Of a DNA stretch of 64,000 bases, positions 47,278 to 58,425 are shown piece after piece. A program made the position numbers and the translations under genes. The DNA is from a virus. Taxonomy: Duplodnaviria; Caudoviricetes. The notes under the pieces were generated by a model. The model ran no database searches. It worked only from the letters and a program-made list of their open reading frames with translations, and was not told where the DNA came from. How positions within the stretch are numbered: position 1 is the first letter of the stretch; every line of letters begins with the position of its first letter. The stretch spans positions 128,001-192,000 of the IMG/VR virus record IMGVR_UViG_3300029288_000071; one strand, 5' to 3'.

Positions 47278-49047
47278 TTAAGAGGTTATAGACGTTTGTG
47301 AAATACTTGTAATAGAATCTGGAATTAGTTCTAGTTCTGTATAATTATACGGACTAGTTGCAATAGATACATCTACTGTTCTATCTGTTGCTGAATCAGA
47401 CATCCTAATCCAATCCTCATATACTGCAACCCAGTTATGTTCTCCACTAACAGCATAAATAACATAGGCACTTGATAAAGTAGCATTTTCAACATTTAAT
47501 AAAGATTTTGAGAAAATTGTTGAAGAAATACTACTTGTAAGATTCAATGAAACGGCGCTTAATGCATCTCCACCATAAGTTCTAGTTGTAAATGTATTAA
47601 CTTGGCTAGTTGTAGAAAGTTTATAATTACTTGCAACAACATACCAATTATATTCTGTTATAATACTTAATGCAGTAACTGTTGCTGTTGATGTTGAAAT
47701 ACTTGATGCAATTAATACTGCTCCTGCTGAACCAGCTGATGCTAATCCAAAATATACATCATAATCAATATCTAGACCAAGTGGATCAGTGCATACCCAA
47801 GTTAAATCTGTAGTTAAAGCACAAGCAGATTCAGCACTTGCTGGTACACCAGTAGCACCACTAACTGGACTAAATGCTGAAAATACAGGTGCAGAAATAC
47901 TTACATCAAGAGTATCAAATTTGTGGTAAGCAACAACATTTCTATTCCAAGATAATAAATTACTATCTGTTAATGGATTGATTTCTGCTTGACTTATAAT
48001 TTGTTTTACAAAAGGATCATAATCACCTGTAATTTTAAGATAAGCAGGATTTGATAATACAGTATCCCATAAAACAAATTTATGGTATTTTCCTGTAAAA
48101 GTTTTATTATTTTTTGTAAATCCAGTTAATGCGGAAGAACCTTCTCCATAAAGATTTGCGCCTAATGCAAGAAAAGTTCCTAGAGCACTACTTGCTGAAG
48201 AATTATATGCATCAAATGTAAATGTACAAGGTGTTTGTTTACCAACTCTTATACTACTTAATGAAGAAGATTCAGGTATATAGTAATTTTTATCAACATG
48301 TAATATTCCATATCGAGACTCATTATTTGCTAGTGACCATTCAAATAAAATATTATGATAACCTCCATCATAAAAATTTATATTACGAGTATCAAATACA
48401 GCTATAGTACTATTATTTGCACACACTGAAGCTTGATAATTAAGTTGATCAGTATTTCCTGTATCTCTAGCATCTATTACATAACAATAAATTTTACCGT
48501 CATTTCTTAATTCCATTCCAATTCCTGGATAATCATCAGGAATATTATCAACTGTAATTAATTTAGTATCAAAATTTGCTTTTATAGTTGCATTTGCTGT
48601 AATAGTAACTGTTGTTATATAACTATATGGATCTGCTATAGAAGCATCACCTGATTGAACTGACCAATTTTTGAAAAAATAATTTGTTGCAGGTGTAGCA
48701 ACAATTGTATTAATTGTTCCACTTGATACAGGAATTGGGAAAGAAGGAATTGTCCTTCCATTCCCATCATCAATTATATTGAGTAATAAGAATTCAGGTT
48801 GAAAATGTGCAACGAATGATATATCATCACCTGGAGGGGGCACCCAAGATCTAAAAGAAAAATCAGGAAGATATATGTCACTACATTGAGGATTACCTAA
48901 TGAAATTTGCCAATACCAAAAAGTATACCCAGAAGCAGGTACTGCACTAATATTGTAAAAAGTTCCTTGAACTATAGTCCAGCCACCTTCTGTAAAATCA
49001 CCTGTTATACTTCCATGCCCATCAGTAGATAAACTTAAATCTGACAT
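47278..49047 (-). CDS. Virion adhesin-like protein (InlB-B-repeat-like, LamG-like, FN3-like)
   Basis: AVPASGYTFWYW, ATPATNYFFKNW; DGGYHNI, FTGK...LWDTVLS; LTW..D..YDVYFG. Confidence 0.65.
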   Translation of the reverse strand: MSDLSLSTDGHGSITGDFTEGGWTIVQGTFYNISAVPASGYTFWYWQISLGNPQCSDIYLPDFSFRSWVPPPGDDISFVAHFQPEFLLLNIIDDGNGRTIPSFPIPVSSGTINTIVATPATNYFFKNWSVQSGDASIADPYSYITTVTITANATIKANFDTKLITVDNIPDDYPGIGMELRNDGKIYCYVIDARDTGNTDQLNYQASVCANNSTIAVFDTRNINFYDGGYHNILFEWSLANNESRYGILHVDKNYYIPESSSLSSIRVGKQTPCTFTFDAYNSSASSALGTFLALGANLYGEGSSALTGFTKNNKTFTGKYHKFVLWDTVLSNPAYLKITGDYDPFVKQIISQAEINPLTDSNLLSWNRNVVAYHKFDTLDVSISAPVFSAFSPVSGATGVPASAESACALTTDLTWVCTDPLGLDIDYDVYFGLASAGSAGAVLIASSISTSTATVTALSIITEYNWYVVASNYKLSTTSQVNTFTTRTYGGDALSAVSLNLTSSISSTIFSKSLLNVENATLSSAYVIYAVSGEHNWVAVYEDWIRMSDSATDRTVDVSIATSPYNYTELELIPDSITSISQTSITS

Positions 49048-49057
49048 AATTTTCTAT

Positions 49058-51334
49058 TTATATAAATTGTTGTTTAAGCTTTAAATATATTTTTTTATTT
49101 GGAAAAATTTCTAAATTCTTTTTTCGTGCATAAAATGTTAAATAGTGTGTTGATAAATCAGAAGGAACTGCATCAAACCAAGCTGTTATTGATGCAGATT
49201 GTCCGTCATAAAGTGTTGAAGGAACTGCACTAACTTTTACATTTTGAATATGAAATTCTCTATCATATGCAGTAGCTGCACTAGAGTCAATTGAAAAACC
49301 TATCCAAACTGCAGTTGGTGTAAATTCATAAGCAGGAGCGTCATATAATAAATCTACATGCTTTTCAATAGTTGTTTTATATGGCCATCTTGAAAATCCA
49401 ATTAAATATGAATCAGTAAATGAACAAATACTTGATGTATGAGCAGATGGTCCAGCATCTTTTTGTATTAACGTTTTAAGTTTTTGACCAGTATACATAT
49501 TATCTCCAGTAGTTGTTAAATCAAATGATACAATTAAACCAGATAATCCAGAAGAAAGTACTAATTTCTGGAAAATATAATCTGAAGAAGCACCTGAAGT
49601 TATGCCTGATATAATTAATCTATTTCCAACTAAATCTTCTGCAATGGCAGTGCTACTATATGAAACAACTTGTGAAGTACTACCTACATAAGAAGAACTA
49701 TAAGCAGATCCAGCTGCAGTATACCATCCTGTTAGAGTTGCAAATCCACTATTTGTTATTGCTTGTGCTTGAGCTGTAGTAAATTTAAGTTTTCCAGCTG
49801 TACCAACTCCAGCTGGATAAATATCTTGCGCTGAAACTCCCCATCTCATAACTCCATGTTTTACATTATAAAAAGTAATAACTGCACTAGAAGCTCCAGT
49901 TGTTGATTGAGTAGAAATTGGTACTGCTTCTACTTTAGAAACAAAAACACTAATTGCAGCTCTTCCTGCTGGAGCAATAGTTGAATAAGCATAATTTTCA
50001 ATATATCCTGCAACACCCTTATTCCAAATTTCAAATTGAATAGTTTTCGGAAATGTATTTGTAACTTGAGTTATTCTTACTGATGCTGTTCCATCACCAC
50101 CATTTAACACATAAATATCTCCAACTTGAATAGTTCCTGTAATAAATAGATTTGTATTAATTACTTCTGCTATACGATAATTTACAGCAACATTCATAGT
50201 ACATTCATAAGTATTTGTGCTTGCATTAAAAATGTAAGGTGAAGAAACTAAAGCATTAGCTGATAATGGATCCAAACTCATATATTGTTTATCAACTATA
50301 GCATTTCCAAATGCTGATTGTGAATAATCACCTGATTTTCTAGAAAGTAAAGTTTGAATAGGGCAAGGAGTAAGTTCAGGTCTAACTCTCAAATAAATTG
50401 AAAATCCTGTTAAAACTGAACCACTAACACCGTTTTGTGTAGATCCAATCAATCCAGGATTAGATGTCATACCCATCCAAAAACCTGAGTCACTAGCAGT
50501 TTTATCTGTTAGCGAAGGATAGTTTTTTGAATTATCTAAATTTTCACCATATTTATATGCTGATACTGATGTGTTTACTGTTGCATTAAAACTTCCAGGT
50601 TTTATTCTATCTCCATAATCAGATCTGTTAAACATTATAACTCTAATTCCAGTTAAACCAGAACCATCAGTTTTTCTTCTAATAAGTCCTAATTGTCCAG
50701 CAGTTGACGACAAATAATTATTCCAACTTGCATCAGCATTATCACTAAAATCTCTACAAACATAACCTCTAACATGCTCATAGATAGAAGAAATAGCAAT
50801 AGTACTTAAATTACCCATTGATATTGCAGTAATATCAATTTTACAACCAATACCAGATCCAGTAATTTTATTAGTATCATTTTGTGTGCTAACACTATAA
50901 CCACTAGTACCACTACTTACTAATTCTACAGTTAAAACTTGTCCTCCCATACTAGGATTAACAGTTAAAACTCTAACAATAGCATCTCCTGCACCTGTAG
51001 TAATATACATTGTATCACCAGGACCATAAAACATACCACCAACACTAGGTACAGAATTAATACTGAGAATAGAACCAACACTACTAGCACTGATAAGATT
51101 TGAAAAATATCTAATCGTACCACTTGTCAATGTTCCTATTGCATATCCTGGAGGAATAGCTTCTGAAAAGAACATAGTCCCTGAACTAGAATTATCGAAA
51201 TGTTTTTCTACTTCATTTTCAGTAGATAGTTGAATAACATCAAGATTTTTACTAAGATGAACTTTTCCTTCTTCTGTAGAAATTTGTTCTGCAATTATAT
51301 TTGCGGGTAAAGTTGTATTTGCTGTTAATGCCAT
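49058..51334 (-). CDS. Large Ser/Thr/Gly-rich virion protein
   Basis: DRIKPGSF shared with neighbouring paralogs; two GD...GD..A.VR...G..GY repeats. Confidence 0.7.
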   Translation of the reverse strand: MALTANTTLPANIIAEQISTEEGKVHLSKNLDVIQLSTENEVEKHFDNSSSGTMFFSEAIPPGYAIGTLTSGTIRYFSNLISASSVGSILSINSVPSVGGMFYGPGDTMYITTGAGDAIVRVLTVNPSMGGQVLTVELVSSGTSGYSVSTQNDTNKITGSGIGCKIDITAISMGNLSTIAISSIYEHVRGYVCRDFSDNADASWNNYLSSTAGQLGLIRRKTDGSGLTGIRVIMFNRSDYGDRIKPGSFNATVNTSVSAYKYGENLDNSKNYPSLTDKTASDSGFWMGMTSNPGLIGSTQNGVSGSVLTGFSIYLRVRPELTPCPIQTLLSRKSGDYSQSAFGNAIVDKQYMSLDPLSANALVSSPYIFNASTNTYECTMNVAVNYRIAEVINTNLFITGTIQVGDIYVLNGGDGTASVRITQVTNTFPKTIQFEIWNKGVAGYIENYAYSTIAPAGRAAISVFVSKVEAVPISTQSTTGASSAVITFYNVKHGVMRWGVSAQDIYPAGVGTAGKLKFTTAQAQAITNSGFATLTGWYTAAGSAYSSSYVGSTSQVVSYSSTAIAEDLVGNRLIISGITSGASSDYIFQKLVLSSGLSGLIVSFDLTTTGDNMYTGQKLKTLIQKDAGPSAHTSSICSFTDSYLIGFSRWPYKTTIEKHVDLLYDAPAYEFTPTAVWIGFSIDSSAATAYDREFHIQNVKVSAVPSTLYDGQSASITAWFDAVPSDLSTHYLTFYARKKNLEIFPNKKIYLKLKQQFI

Positions 51335-51335
51335 T

Positions 51336-51384
51336 TATAACTCTTTATGGTTATATTTTGAAAATATAATCTTTTAAGGTTATA
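51336..51384. other. AT-rich inverted repeat filling the intergenic gap
   Basis: TTATATTTT-G-AAAATATAA core with TATAAC/GTTATA outer arms. Confidence 0.45.
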
Positions 51385-52254
51385 TTAGAAATCTAATCTA
51401 ACACTGAAAAGCCCTTCTGATTGAAAATCCTTCTTTTTAGCAGGATTCAATTTACCTATAGCTAATAAATTACCTGCATCATCATACAAACCTATAGTAG
51501 TGATAAATGTAGTAGGTTCAGCAGTTAAAGAATTTAATACATATCCATCAGAAGTTCTAGCTGTAGGATTTGTTGTAAAATTCATTTCTGTATTATAAGC
51601 TCTACAAAAATAAATTGTTCTTTTTAAAATATTTCTAGTTTTACAAGTAAATAATGTTAAATTAACATAATTTGCTGCATAACCAGCACTAATTCCAAAT
51701 CCAGAAGTTGAACTTATAAGTGCTGTTGAAGAAGGAGCTCCTCCATGAAGAACTATAACTCCATGATCATAAAATACAGTTCCTACAACATCTGCAGTAT
51801 TACTTTTATTTATGAAGCTTCCTGTTAATCCTAAAGGACTATTTGCAGAATTAATATTTTGCGAATCATAAGCTGTTATAGTAAATTGAGTAGCTGAAAT
51901 TGTTGCTGTTATAGAGTTTGGATAAAAACCTTCATCTAATAAGGGTCTTCCTAATTCAATTACTCTTATGCTTGTTTGTGGTGTAATTCCATCATATGAA
52001 TCGTAAATATAATCTGGAGTACCGAAAAAATAATTAGCTATATGTCTAAAAGCAGAAGATACAGAAATAGTTGTAGCTGAATTAGATGTAGAATCAGGTT
52101 TATTAAGAAATCCTGTAGCACTTGCTTGCGCAGAAAACACCCAAAGTGAAGAAGCAGCAGCTATTGCTGAACTAGAAATATTAATTTCAGTATTGGGAGT
52201 ATCGATTTTAGTAGAGACTATATCTTTTGATTCATCAAATTTTATAAATGACAT
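51385..52254 (-). CDS. Virion structural protein, paralog
   Basis: VGTVFYDHG, YFCRA...NFTTNPT, FITTIGLYD..NLLAIGKL. Confidence 0.78.
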   Translation of the reverse strand: MSFIKFDESKDIVSTKIDTPNTEINISSSAIAAASSLWVFSAQASATGFLNKPDSTSNSATTISVSSAFRHIANYFFGTPDYIYDSYDGITPQTSIRVIELGRPLLDEGFYPNSITATISATQFTITAYDSQNINSANSPLGLTGSFINKSNTADVVGTVFYDHGVIVLHGGAPSSTALISSTSGFGISAGYAANYVNLTLFTCKTRNILKRTIYFCRAYNTEMNFTTNPTARTSDGYVLNSLTAEPTTFITTIGLYDDAGNLLAIGKLNPAKKKDFQSEGLFSVRLDF

Positions 52255-52265
52255 TATTTTTCTCT

Positions 52266-53408
52266 TTATTTATTAAGTGGTACAAAAATATAACGATTTG
52301 TTGTTTTTAACATAGATTGATATATGAAAAGCATTGAATTACCAAATATCGCATTAAATCCAGTTTTTTGAGTTTGTATATCTTGAATTTTTTTGTTTAA
52401 ACTAATCCATTCAGGATTTTCAATCCAATTTCCTGCTACTCCATTAACATATGAAACAGTTGATACAGTTGTATTTTCTGTAATAGTTGGAGCAGTTGGA
52501 ATTGTTTCAACTGTTGGAATTGGCTGTTCTGTAGTAGTTATTACTGTAGAACTAGTTGCAGAAGCTGTTACAGGTTCTTGTACTACTACAGCTTCTCTTT
52601 GTGATAAAGTTAAACCATTATAAAATAAAAATTCTACATCACACCCTTTTTGAGTAGTTACTCCTGCTATATGAATCACACAACTAGCAGCACCTATAAG
52701 ATTCCAAGTAGCAGCATCACCATGTTTAATTAATTGACCAGTAGAAAGTCGCATTTCTTTTCGTTCAGTTTTACCTGTAATTACTTCAAGTATCTGAATT
52801 GTCTTAGGAGAAAGAGATTTTAATAAATCAGAATTTACTGTAACAAGAGTTTCTTTATTTAAGCTTAAAATTAATTGAACAATTACTTCAGTTTGATTTT
52901 GTCTAGTTTCAAATGAGTCTGAACAAGCTACTGAAGCATAATTAGAATTTACAGGTTGCAATATTTGAGGTTGTTGTGATTGAACTATATAATTTGAGTC
53001 AGCTCCATAAAAAGTTCTTACTTTTAGAGAATATGTAGTAGATGAAATAGAATTTGTATCAACAAGAACAGTTATTCTATCTCTTTTTGATCTATTGTTT
53101 TGTTGACCATCAACAAAAGGATAATTTATATCTGTATCAATATAAGCTACTTGATTTGTTTCTTTAGTAAAAGATTCAAGATAATATTTTTGACTTGCTA
53201 AGCCTCCCAAAGTACAAGCTTCTAAAATTGGTGTATTTAAAATATCATGTTGATCAGCATTTGCAGTTCCATCAAAAAGACTATAATCTATTTCATCATC
53301 AGAAAGTCTATATTGAGTAATTTTAAAATTTACTGAATTCTCAGCAGCAACCTGTCTACCAAGTCTAGTCAAAATTGCTACACAAGTCCCTGTTGTAGTT
53401 AAATACAT
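52266..53408 (-). CDS. Virion structural protein
   Basis: AILTRLGR...FKIT...DDEIDYSLF...PILE; paralog of 53418..53996. Confidence 0.75.
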   Translation of the reverse strand: MYLTTTGTCVAILTRLGRQVAAENSVNFKITQYRLSDDEIDYSLFDGTANADQHDILNTPILEACTLGGLASQKYYLESFTKETNQVAYIDTDINYPFVDGQQNNRSKRDRITVLVDTNSISSTTYSLKVRTFYGADSNYIVQSQQPQILQPVNSNYASVACSDSFETRQNQTEVIVQLILSLNKETLVTVNSDLLKSLSPKTIQILEVITGKTERKEMRLSTGQLIKHGDAATWNLIGAASCVIHIAGVTTQKGCDVEFLFYNGLTLSQREAVVVQEPVTASATSSTVITTTEQPIPTVETIPTAPTITENTTVSTVSYVNGVAGNWIENPEWISLNKKIQDIQTQKTGFNAIFGNSMLFIYQSMLKTTNRYIFVPLNK

Positions 53409-53417
53409 TTTGTTCTC

Positions 53418-53996
53418 TTATTGTTGTGTTGTTATAGTTATAGGTACAGAAATAATTGCTCCTGTATCTTTTCCAATTATATCAATATAAGTTGTTCCAT
53501 TTGTAAATCCAGAACTAATAGCAATTACAGCACTAGCTTGTCCATTAGAATCAACAGTTGCTTGTATTATTGAATTATCAACTTTAGCAATCTTTGTATC
53601 TCTACTATATGCATTATAAGAAGTATCTAATCCTGCTTTTGTAATTATTGAAAATGTTCCTTTATTTGCTAAAGTAGAATTTGAAATAGTAATATTTTGT
53701 AAAAGTAAAGAAGTAGGATTAGCTACAAGATAAGCTACTTGTTGAGTACCAACAGGAGCAGTAACTAATCTGTATCTTAACGCTGTTAATTCATTTGAAC
53801 TTGGCTCAAGAATAGGTAAATTTAATACATTTGTATCATCTTCAGTATCAGGATCATAAAGTTGATAGTTAATCTCATCATCACCAAATGCAAACTTAAC
53901 TATTTTAAAAGATCCATCATTTTTTGCAAGTAATTCTCTTCCCTTTCTTGTTAATATTGCAGCAACAATTGATTGACTTGAATCTAGGAATCCCAT
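53418..53996 (-). CDS. Virion structural protein
   Basis: MGFLD..AILTRKGRELLA..FKI.KFAFGDDEINY..PILE. Confidence 0.78.
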   Translation of the reverse strand: MGFLDSSQSIVAAILTRKGRELLAKNDGSFKIVKFAFGDDEINYQLYDPDTEDDTNVLNLPILEPSSNELTALRYRLVTAPVGTQQVAYLVANPTSLLLQNITISNSTLANKGTFSIITKAGLDTSYNAYSRDTKIAKVDNSIIQATVDSNGQASAVIAISSGFTNGTTYIDIIGKDTGAIISVPITITTQQ

Positions 53997-54044
53997 AAGT
54001 TGTATCTCCGTATTAATTTTGTATAGATTATAAATATCTAGAAA

Positions 54045-57029
54045 TTATACATTCAATTGAGTTACTAATTCTACAACACCACCAAAGCCACTTTCATTAA
54101 CTGCAATAACAATTGGAAGTTTATCTGAATTTCCACTTAATAAGTTGGTCATTCTTAATTCAACTAAACCTATTGATTTGTCTAAATATTTAGCTTTTCT
54201 AGTAATCTTAAAAGTTATACCTTTTGTTGTAGTTATTGGATAATCATGATATAATTCAGCATCACTAAATTGAACATTATTAACTATAGCATCAAACCAA
54301 TGCTCAAAATGATCTGTTGCACTTGAAGAAAATGGCACTTCTATTCTAACACAATTTTGTGTAGAAGTTATAGTTTTTCCTGTACTTTGTCTTATTAATT
54401 TAATAGTTCCTGTTATTGAAGTTGTCCATTCATTAAAATTACTATCAGTTTGTAAAAAATTTCTATTAAGAGTTGTAACTAACAAAGTATTAATAGGATC
54501 AGTTACTTCTTGATAAAATGGTTGTATTTCAGTATTATTATTCAATACTCTTTTAAAATTAGTAGAATGTTCTTGTACCCAATCAGTAATTGCAGGTGAA
54601 ACTTGTAGCTTATCATTTGTGTTTTGTTGTTCACTAACAACATCAACTGTTTTTTCTATGTTTGCTTCTAATTTAGGTTCAGCACAAATAAGAGGGTGAT
54701 CAGTATGAAATCTAGAAGAATCAAGCAAGTGCTTTTCAATTGTAACTCCTCTATTTAATAGATTAGTTCTTGCTGGAATTAATTGCTGAACTCCATGCAT
54801 AATTCCTTCAATAATAGGAGCTAAATTTTCAAGAACATCAATATATCCATTAAAATCAAATTTGCTTGTATATCTACAAAAAACTCTTGATGCACAGGCT
54901 GATTCTGCTATATATTGATAAGGATAACCACTAAAAGAACCATAAAAATTAGCAGGATCTCCAATCATATCAGAGACATTTAAATCTCCCAAAACATTGA
55001 TAATGTCATTATTTATTGCATTTACTGGTCTAAAGCCTACATGTAAAATATTTGCTTTATCAAATTTTGATACACTATTTACATAAGTTTCAATATTATC
55101 TTCAACAAATTCCCCAATATTGGAATATTCAATTTTTCTTCTCATATCTTCTACAAGAAGATAATTATTTGCAGCAGAAGTAGAACCACTAAATGATGCT
55201 GTTAAAGATGAACTTAATGTCCAAGAATTTACTATATAATTTGAACCTGTAAGAACTACATCTTCTTTTAGTTTATACTCAAATACAACTGATGAATTAG
55301 ATGCAGCTGATCCTGAATTCATCATACTAACTGATTCATAATTTTCTGTATGTTCTTGCATATCTAAACTATTCAATGCAATTTTAAACATTTTTACTTC
55401 ATGAATATTTCCAGTAAAACATGAAATGCTATTAGCAGAACAACCAATATATAAATTAGTAGCACCACTAATAGCTACTGCAGTTCCTGTACTTTTTCCA
55501 GTTAGTGATTTATATTGATCAGTAGTATCTGATCCAGAAACTGTAATAATATCAGTTGCTATATCATTAACCCAAGAAGCTTGAACATATGCTGTATTAC
55601 TTTGCCTACTTCCAAATATATTAACATATCCTGTACTTAATGCATAATTTAAACTTGCTGATACAGAAGCAGCAGTAGTTGCTGTAACAGATTTATTAAT
55701 AATAAATTGAATTCTACCTGGAAGAATATATGCTAAAGAAAAACCTGAAGTAGATCCACTTAAACATGACATAATAACAAAAGAATTTGACAAGCTTGAT
55801 GTAGATATTCTAGCTTCTATTGTAAAATCTTGTCCAGAATTTATATTAAAATTTGAAGAAAGAGAATCAGGAGTAATTATATAAGCACTATTTGAAAGAT
55901 TTAAAACTTTAACATCTTTATATTCAACTTTTTCTTGCCATTCAGGATCACTATGAAAACTATAATCATCAATTTGCATATAATTATCGGGTAATCCATA
56001 GATTCTAATTAAAGATTTAATGCTTTCTAATGTTCCTTTTTTCTTATAAAGGTACATTAAATTATTCAATACTCTATTCCATATTTTTGCAGAAACTATA
56101 TAAAGAGGCTCATTATCTCCTGTACGTCTTAAATATTGAGAAATATCTTGTCTTAACAATGTATCAATTAATTCAAAACCAAAATGCTTAGCTATTAAAT
56201 TTTGTATTACACCGTTAGGAACTCTATTAAAATCATCATATGAAATATGATTAATATTTGCAAATTGATCTATATAGAGTTTAATATCATCAAAAATTGC
56301 TCCAATTATAGAAATAAATTTTTCTAAATTTTCATCAGTATCGTTAAGATATAATGATTCCGGAAGCCAATCAGTCATATTTGATTGTCTATTAACATAA
56401 TCAATTCTTGTTTCAGGATTTATTCTTGAAGTCCTGTAATCACTATCATCAAAGTAAACTATTTCAAAATCTGTTGCAGTTCCTGAGATATTTCTTATTG
56501 TATTTAAACCAGCATCATAAGATTGAGCTAAAGAAATTAAATTATTTGCTAAAGTAGCTTGTTGTCCTGCAATAACATTACTTGAACTTCTTGCTAAGTC
56601 TATTAAATAAATTACAGTTCCATCTTGAGCTGAACTTGATGCAGTAATAGTTGGAGTGTTATCTAAATATGAATTTCCTGTAACACCTCCCAAATAAAAT
56701 AATACATATTTTTCGAATCCATTTAACCCAAAAAGATAACTATCATATGCTGCAGTGTTTTCTGCACTTAAAGCAGATGTAGATTGACCTGAAAGTCCAA
56801 TTGGATAAGTAGTTCTAATTTTATCAATTGCTGCATTTGTTTTACGTTCTGCAGAATTAAAATATACATGTTTTGAAAAATCACTAAAGTCAATTGTGGG
56901 CTCAATTACTCGAATTGAAGATAAGCTTTGTTGTACAAATGTAGAACTCAACGAATTAGAATCATAAAATTTTCTAAAAAGTTGATCTTGATTTGTAAAA
57001 TATGTTCCTGTAAAAGCACTAACTGACAT
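54045..57029 (-). CDS. Baseplate/tail protein with a LamG-like domain
   Basis: LNNLMYLYKKKGTLESIKSLIRIYG; DFTIEAR, FTGNIHEVKMF. Confidence 0.75.
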   Translation of the reverse strand: MSVSAFTGTYFTNQDQLFRKFYDSNSLSSTFVQQSLSSIRVIEPTIDFSDFSKHVYFNSAERKTNAAIDKIRTTYPIGLSGQSTSALSAENTAAYDSYLFGLNGFEKYVLFYLGGVTGNSYLDNTPTITASSSAQDGTVIYLIDLARSSSNVIAGQQATLANNLISLAQSYDAGLNTIRNISGTATDFEIVYFDDSDYRTSRINPETRIDYVNRQSNMTDWLPESLYLNDTDENLEKFISIIGAIFDDIKLYIDQFANINHISYDDFNRVPNGVIQNLIAKHFGFELIDTLLRQDISQYLRRTGDNEPLYIVSAKIWNRVLNNLMYLYKKKGTLESIKSLIRIYGLPDNYMQIDDYSFHSDPEWQEKVEYKDVKVLNLSNSAYIITPDSLSSNFNINSGQDFTIEARISTSSLSNSFVIMSCLSGSTSGFSLAYILPGRIQFIINKSVTATTAASVSASLNYALSTGYVNIFGSRQSNTAYVQASWVNDIATDIITVSGSDTTDQYKSLTGKSTGTAVAISGATNLYIGCSANSISCFTGNIHEVKMFKIALNSLDMQEHTENYESVSMMNSGSAASNSSVVFEYKLKEDVVLTGSNYIVNSWTLSSSLTASFSGSTSAANNYLLVEDMRRKIEYSNIGEFVEDNIETYVNSVSKFDKANILHVGFRPVNAINNDIINVLGDLNVSDMIGDPANFYGSFSGYPYQYIAESACASRVFCRYTSKFDFNGYIDVLENLAPIIEGIMHGVQQLIPARTNLLNRGVTIEKHLLDSSRFHTDHPLICAEPKLEANIEKTVDVVSEQQNTNDKLQVSPAITDWVQEHSTNFKRVLNNNTEIQPFYQEVTDPINTLLVTTLNRNFLQTDSNFNEWTTSITGTIKLIRQSTGKTITSTQNCVRIEVPFSSSATDHFEHWFDAIVNNVQFSDAELYHDYPITTTKGITFKITRKAKYLDKSIGLVELRMTNLLSGNSDKLPIVIAVNESGFGGVVELVTQLNV

Positions 57030-57033
57030 GTAG

Positions 57034-58425
57034 TTATACTATTTTAAATGTTTTATTAAATAATAAAGTTTGACCTTGAATATCTAATTTAAATTCAATT
57101 TTATATGATGAATTTTTAGCAAAATTATCAGAATTTATTGAAAAGAAATTACTCTCAGAATCATAAGATAAAGGTTGCCAATCCATATCTACAAAATCAG
57201 CATCATTTAAAATTCTCCAAAATCCATTTGTAGAAATATAACTAGAAATAGTTGAAGCTGCAATGGATGAAATAGAATTAAGTTCTGATTGTACTAATGG
57301 TTGAATATCAGCAGTTCTTTGCCAAATAAAAATCTTTTTAGTTACATTAGTATTTTTTTGTATAAGTCCATTTTCAAAATCAATAACTTTGAATACAACA
57401 TCATAAACAGAAAGATTATTTTGACTAGTAACACTTTGTAAAGGATAAAAATTTCTAGTTAAAGGAGAACCAGAAGAACTAGAAGTTACAGTCCAAGTAT
57501 CATAAAAAGCTGTTGCTGAATTTCCTGAAAGAGGATAAGTAAATGTAGCTTTATAAACTCCCTTTTTTACTCTTGCAGCACTTACAGATAAAGAACTTAC
57601 TGAAGATAAACTACTTGATATTGTAACAGTTCCTGGGAAACTAGATGTTACTGAATCGATGTCTGTATAAATTCCATTAGGAGTATTATAAAAATATAAG
57701 TTCATTGAATTTCCAAACACTCCAGTGTTTCTGTCATCTTTTATTGAATCATCCCAAGTAAATTCTAAATATGGTGCAAACATTGGCTCATTTGTACTTC
57801 TACTGTGAAATGATTTTCTATACCATTGTTCATTTGTTGAAGTTAAAGATTCTGCTGTAGAATCCATTTTTATTATAAATCCATAATTAGCAGATACTCC
57901 ACTTATCCAATTATTAATCATTGCACTTAAATTAGCAGTTAAATTTTCAAATCCAGTCTCAAAATATTGAGTTGCAGAACTACTATCAATTTTATAATCT
58001 CCGCCTGCTGTTGTCCAAACTGCTGAAGTAGATGCTGATAACCAGTTTGATACTCCTTGTTGTGTGAATGAATCTATTCTATTCATTCTACCTTCAGTCC
58101 ATTGAGTTGTTACTGGAAATATTTGTGCTGTAAAATCATATGCTTGAGGATTAGCATGATTGATATTAAAAAATTTCAAAGTACAAGTTACAGAAGAATT
58201 AAGTGGATTTGGAAGTGTTTCTTTTGCTATTTCAGAAATAATAGTATTTATATCTACTTGTCCTAAAATTCTAGCAAGATATTTTTTATTTGTATCATAT
58301 TTATACCATCCCCATAAATCTACAATTTGAGAATTACCTGCATTACCCAATCCTGTTAAGCTTAAGATACTGCTATAAGTACTAATCGTATTATCTTTTG
58401 AGAGTGGTGCTCTATAAAGTCCCAT
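57034..58425 (-). CDS. Virion protein, DNRLRE/TGF-beta-propeptide-like domain
   Basis: KDNTI, WTEG, W..AGGD, NYGFIIK, FHSR.T...P.LE..WDD. Confidence 0.7.
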   Translation of the reverse strand: MGLYRAPLSKDNTISTYSSILSLTGLGNAGNSQIVDLWGWYKYDTNKKYLARILGQVDINTIISEIAKETLPNPLNSSVTCTLKFFNINHANPQAYDFTAQIFPVTTQWTEGRMNRIDSFTQQGVSNWLSASTSAVWTTAGGDYKIDSSSATQYFETGFENLTANLSAMINNWISGVSANYGFIIKMDSTAESLTSTNEQWYRKSFHSRSTNEPMFAPYLEFTWDDSIKDDRNTGVFGNSMNLYFYNTPNGIYTDIDSVTSSFPGTVTISSSLSSVSSLSVSAARVKKGVYKATFTYPLSGNSATAFYDTWTVTSSSSGSPLTRNFYPLQSVTSQNNLSVYDVVFKVIDFENGLIQKNTNVTKKIFIWQRTADIQPLVQSELNSISSIAASTISSYISTNGFWRILNDADFVDMDWQPLSYDSESNFFSINSDNFAKNSSYKIEFKLDIQGQTLLFNKTFKIV

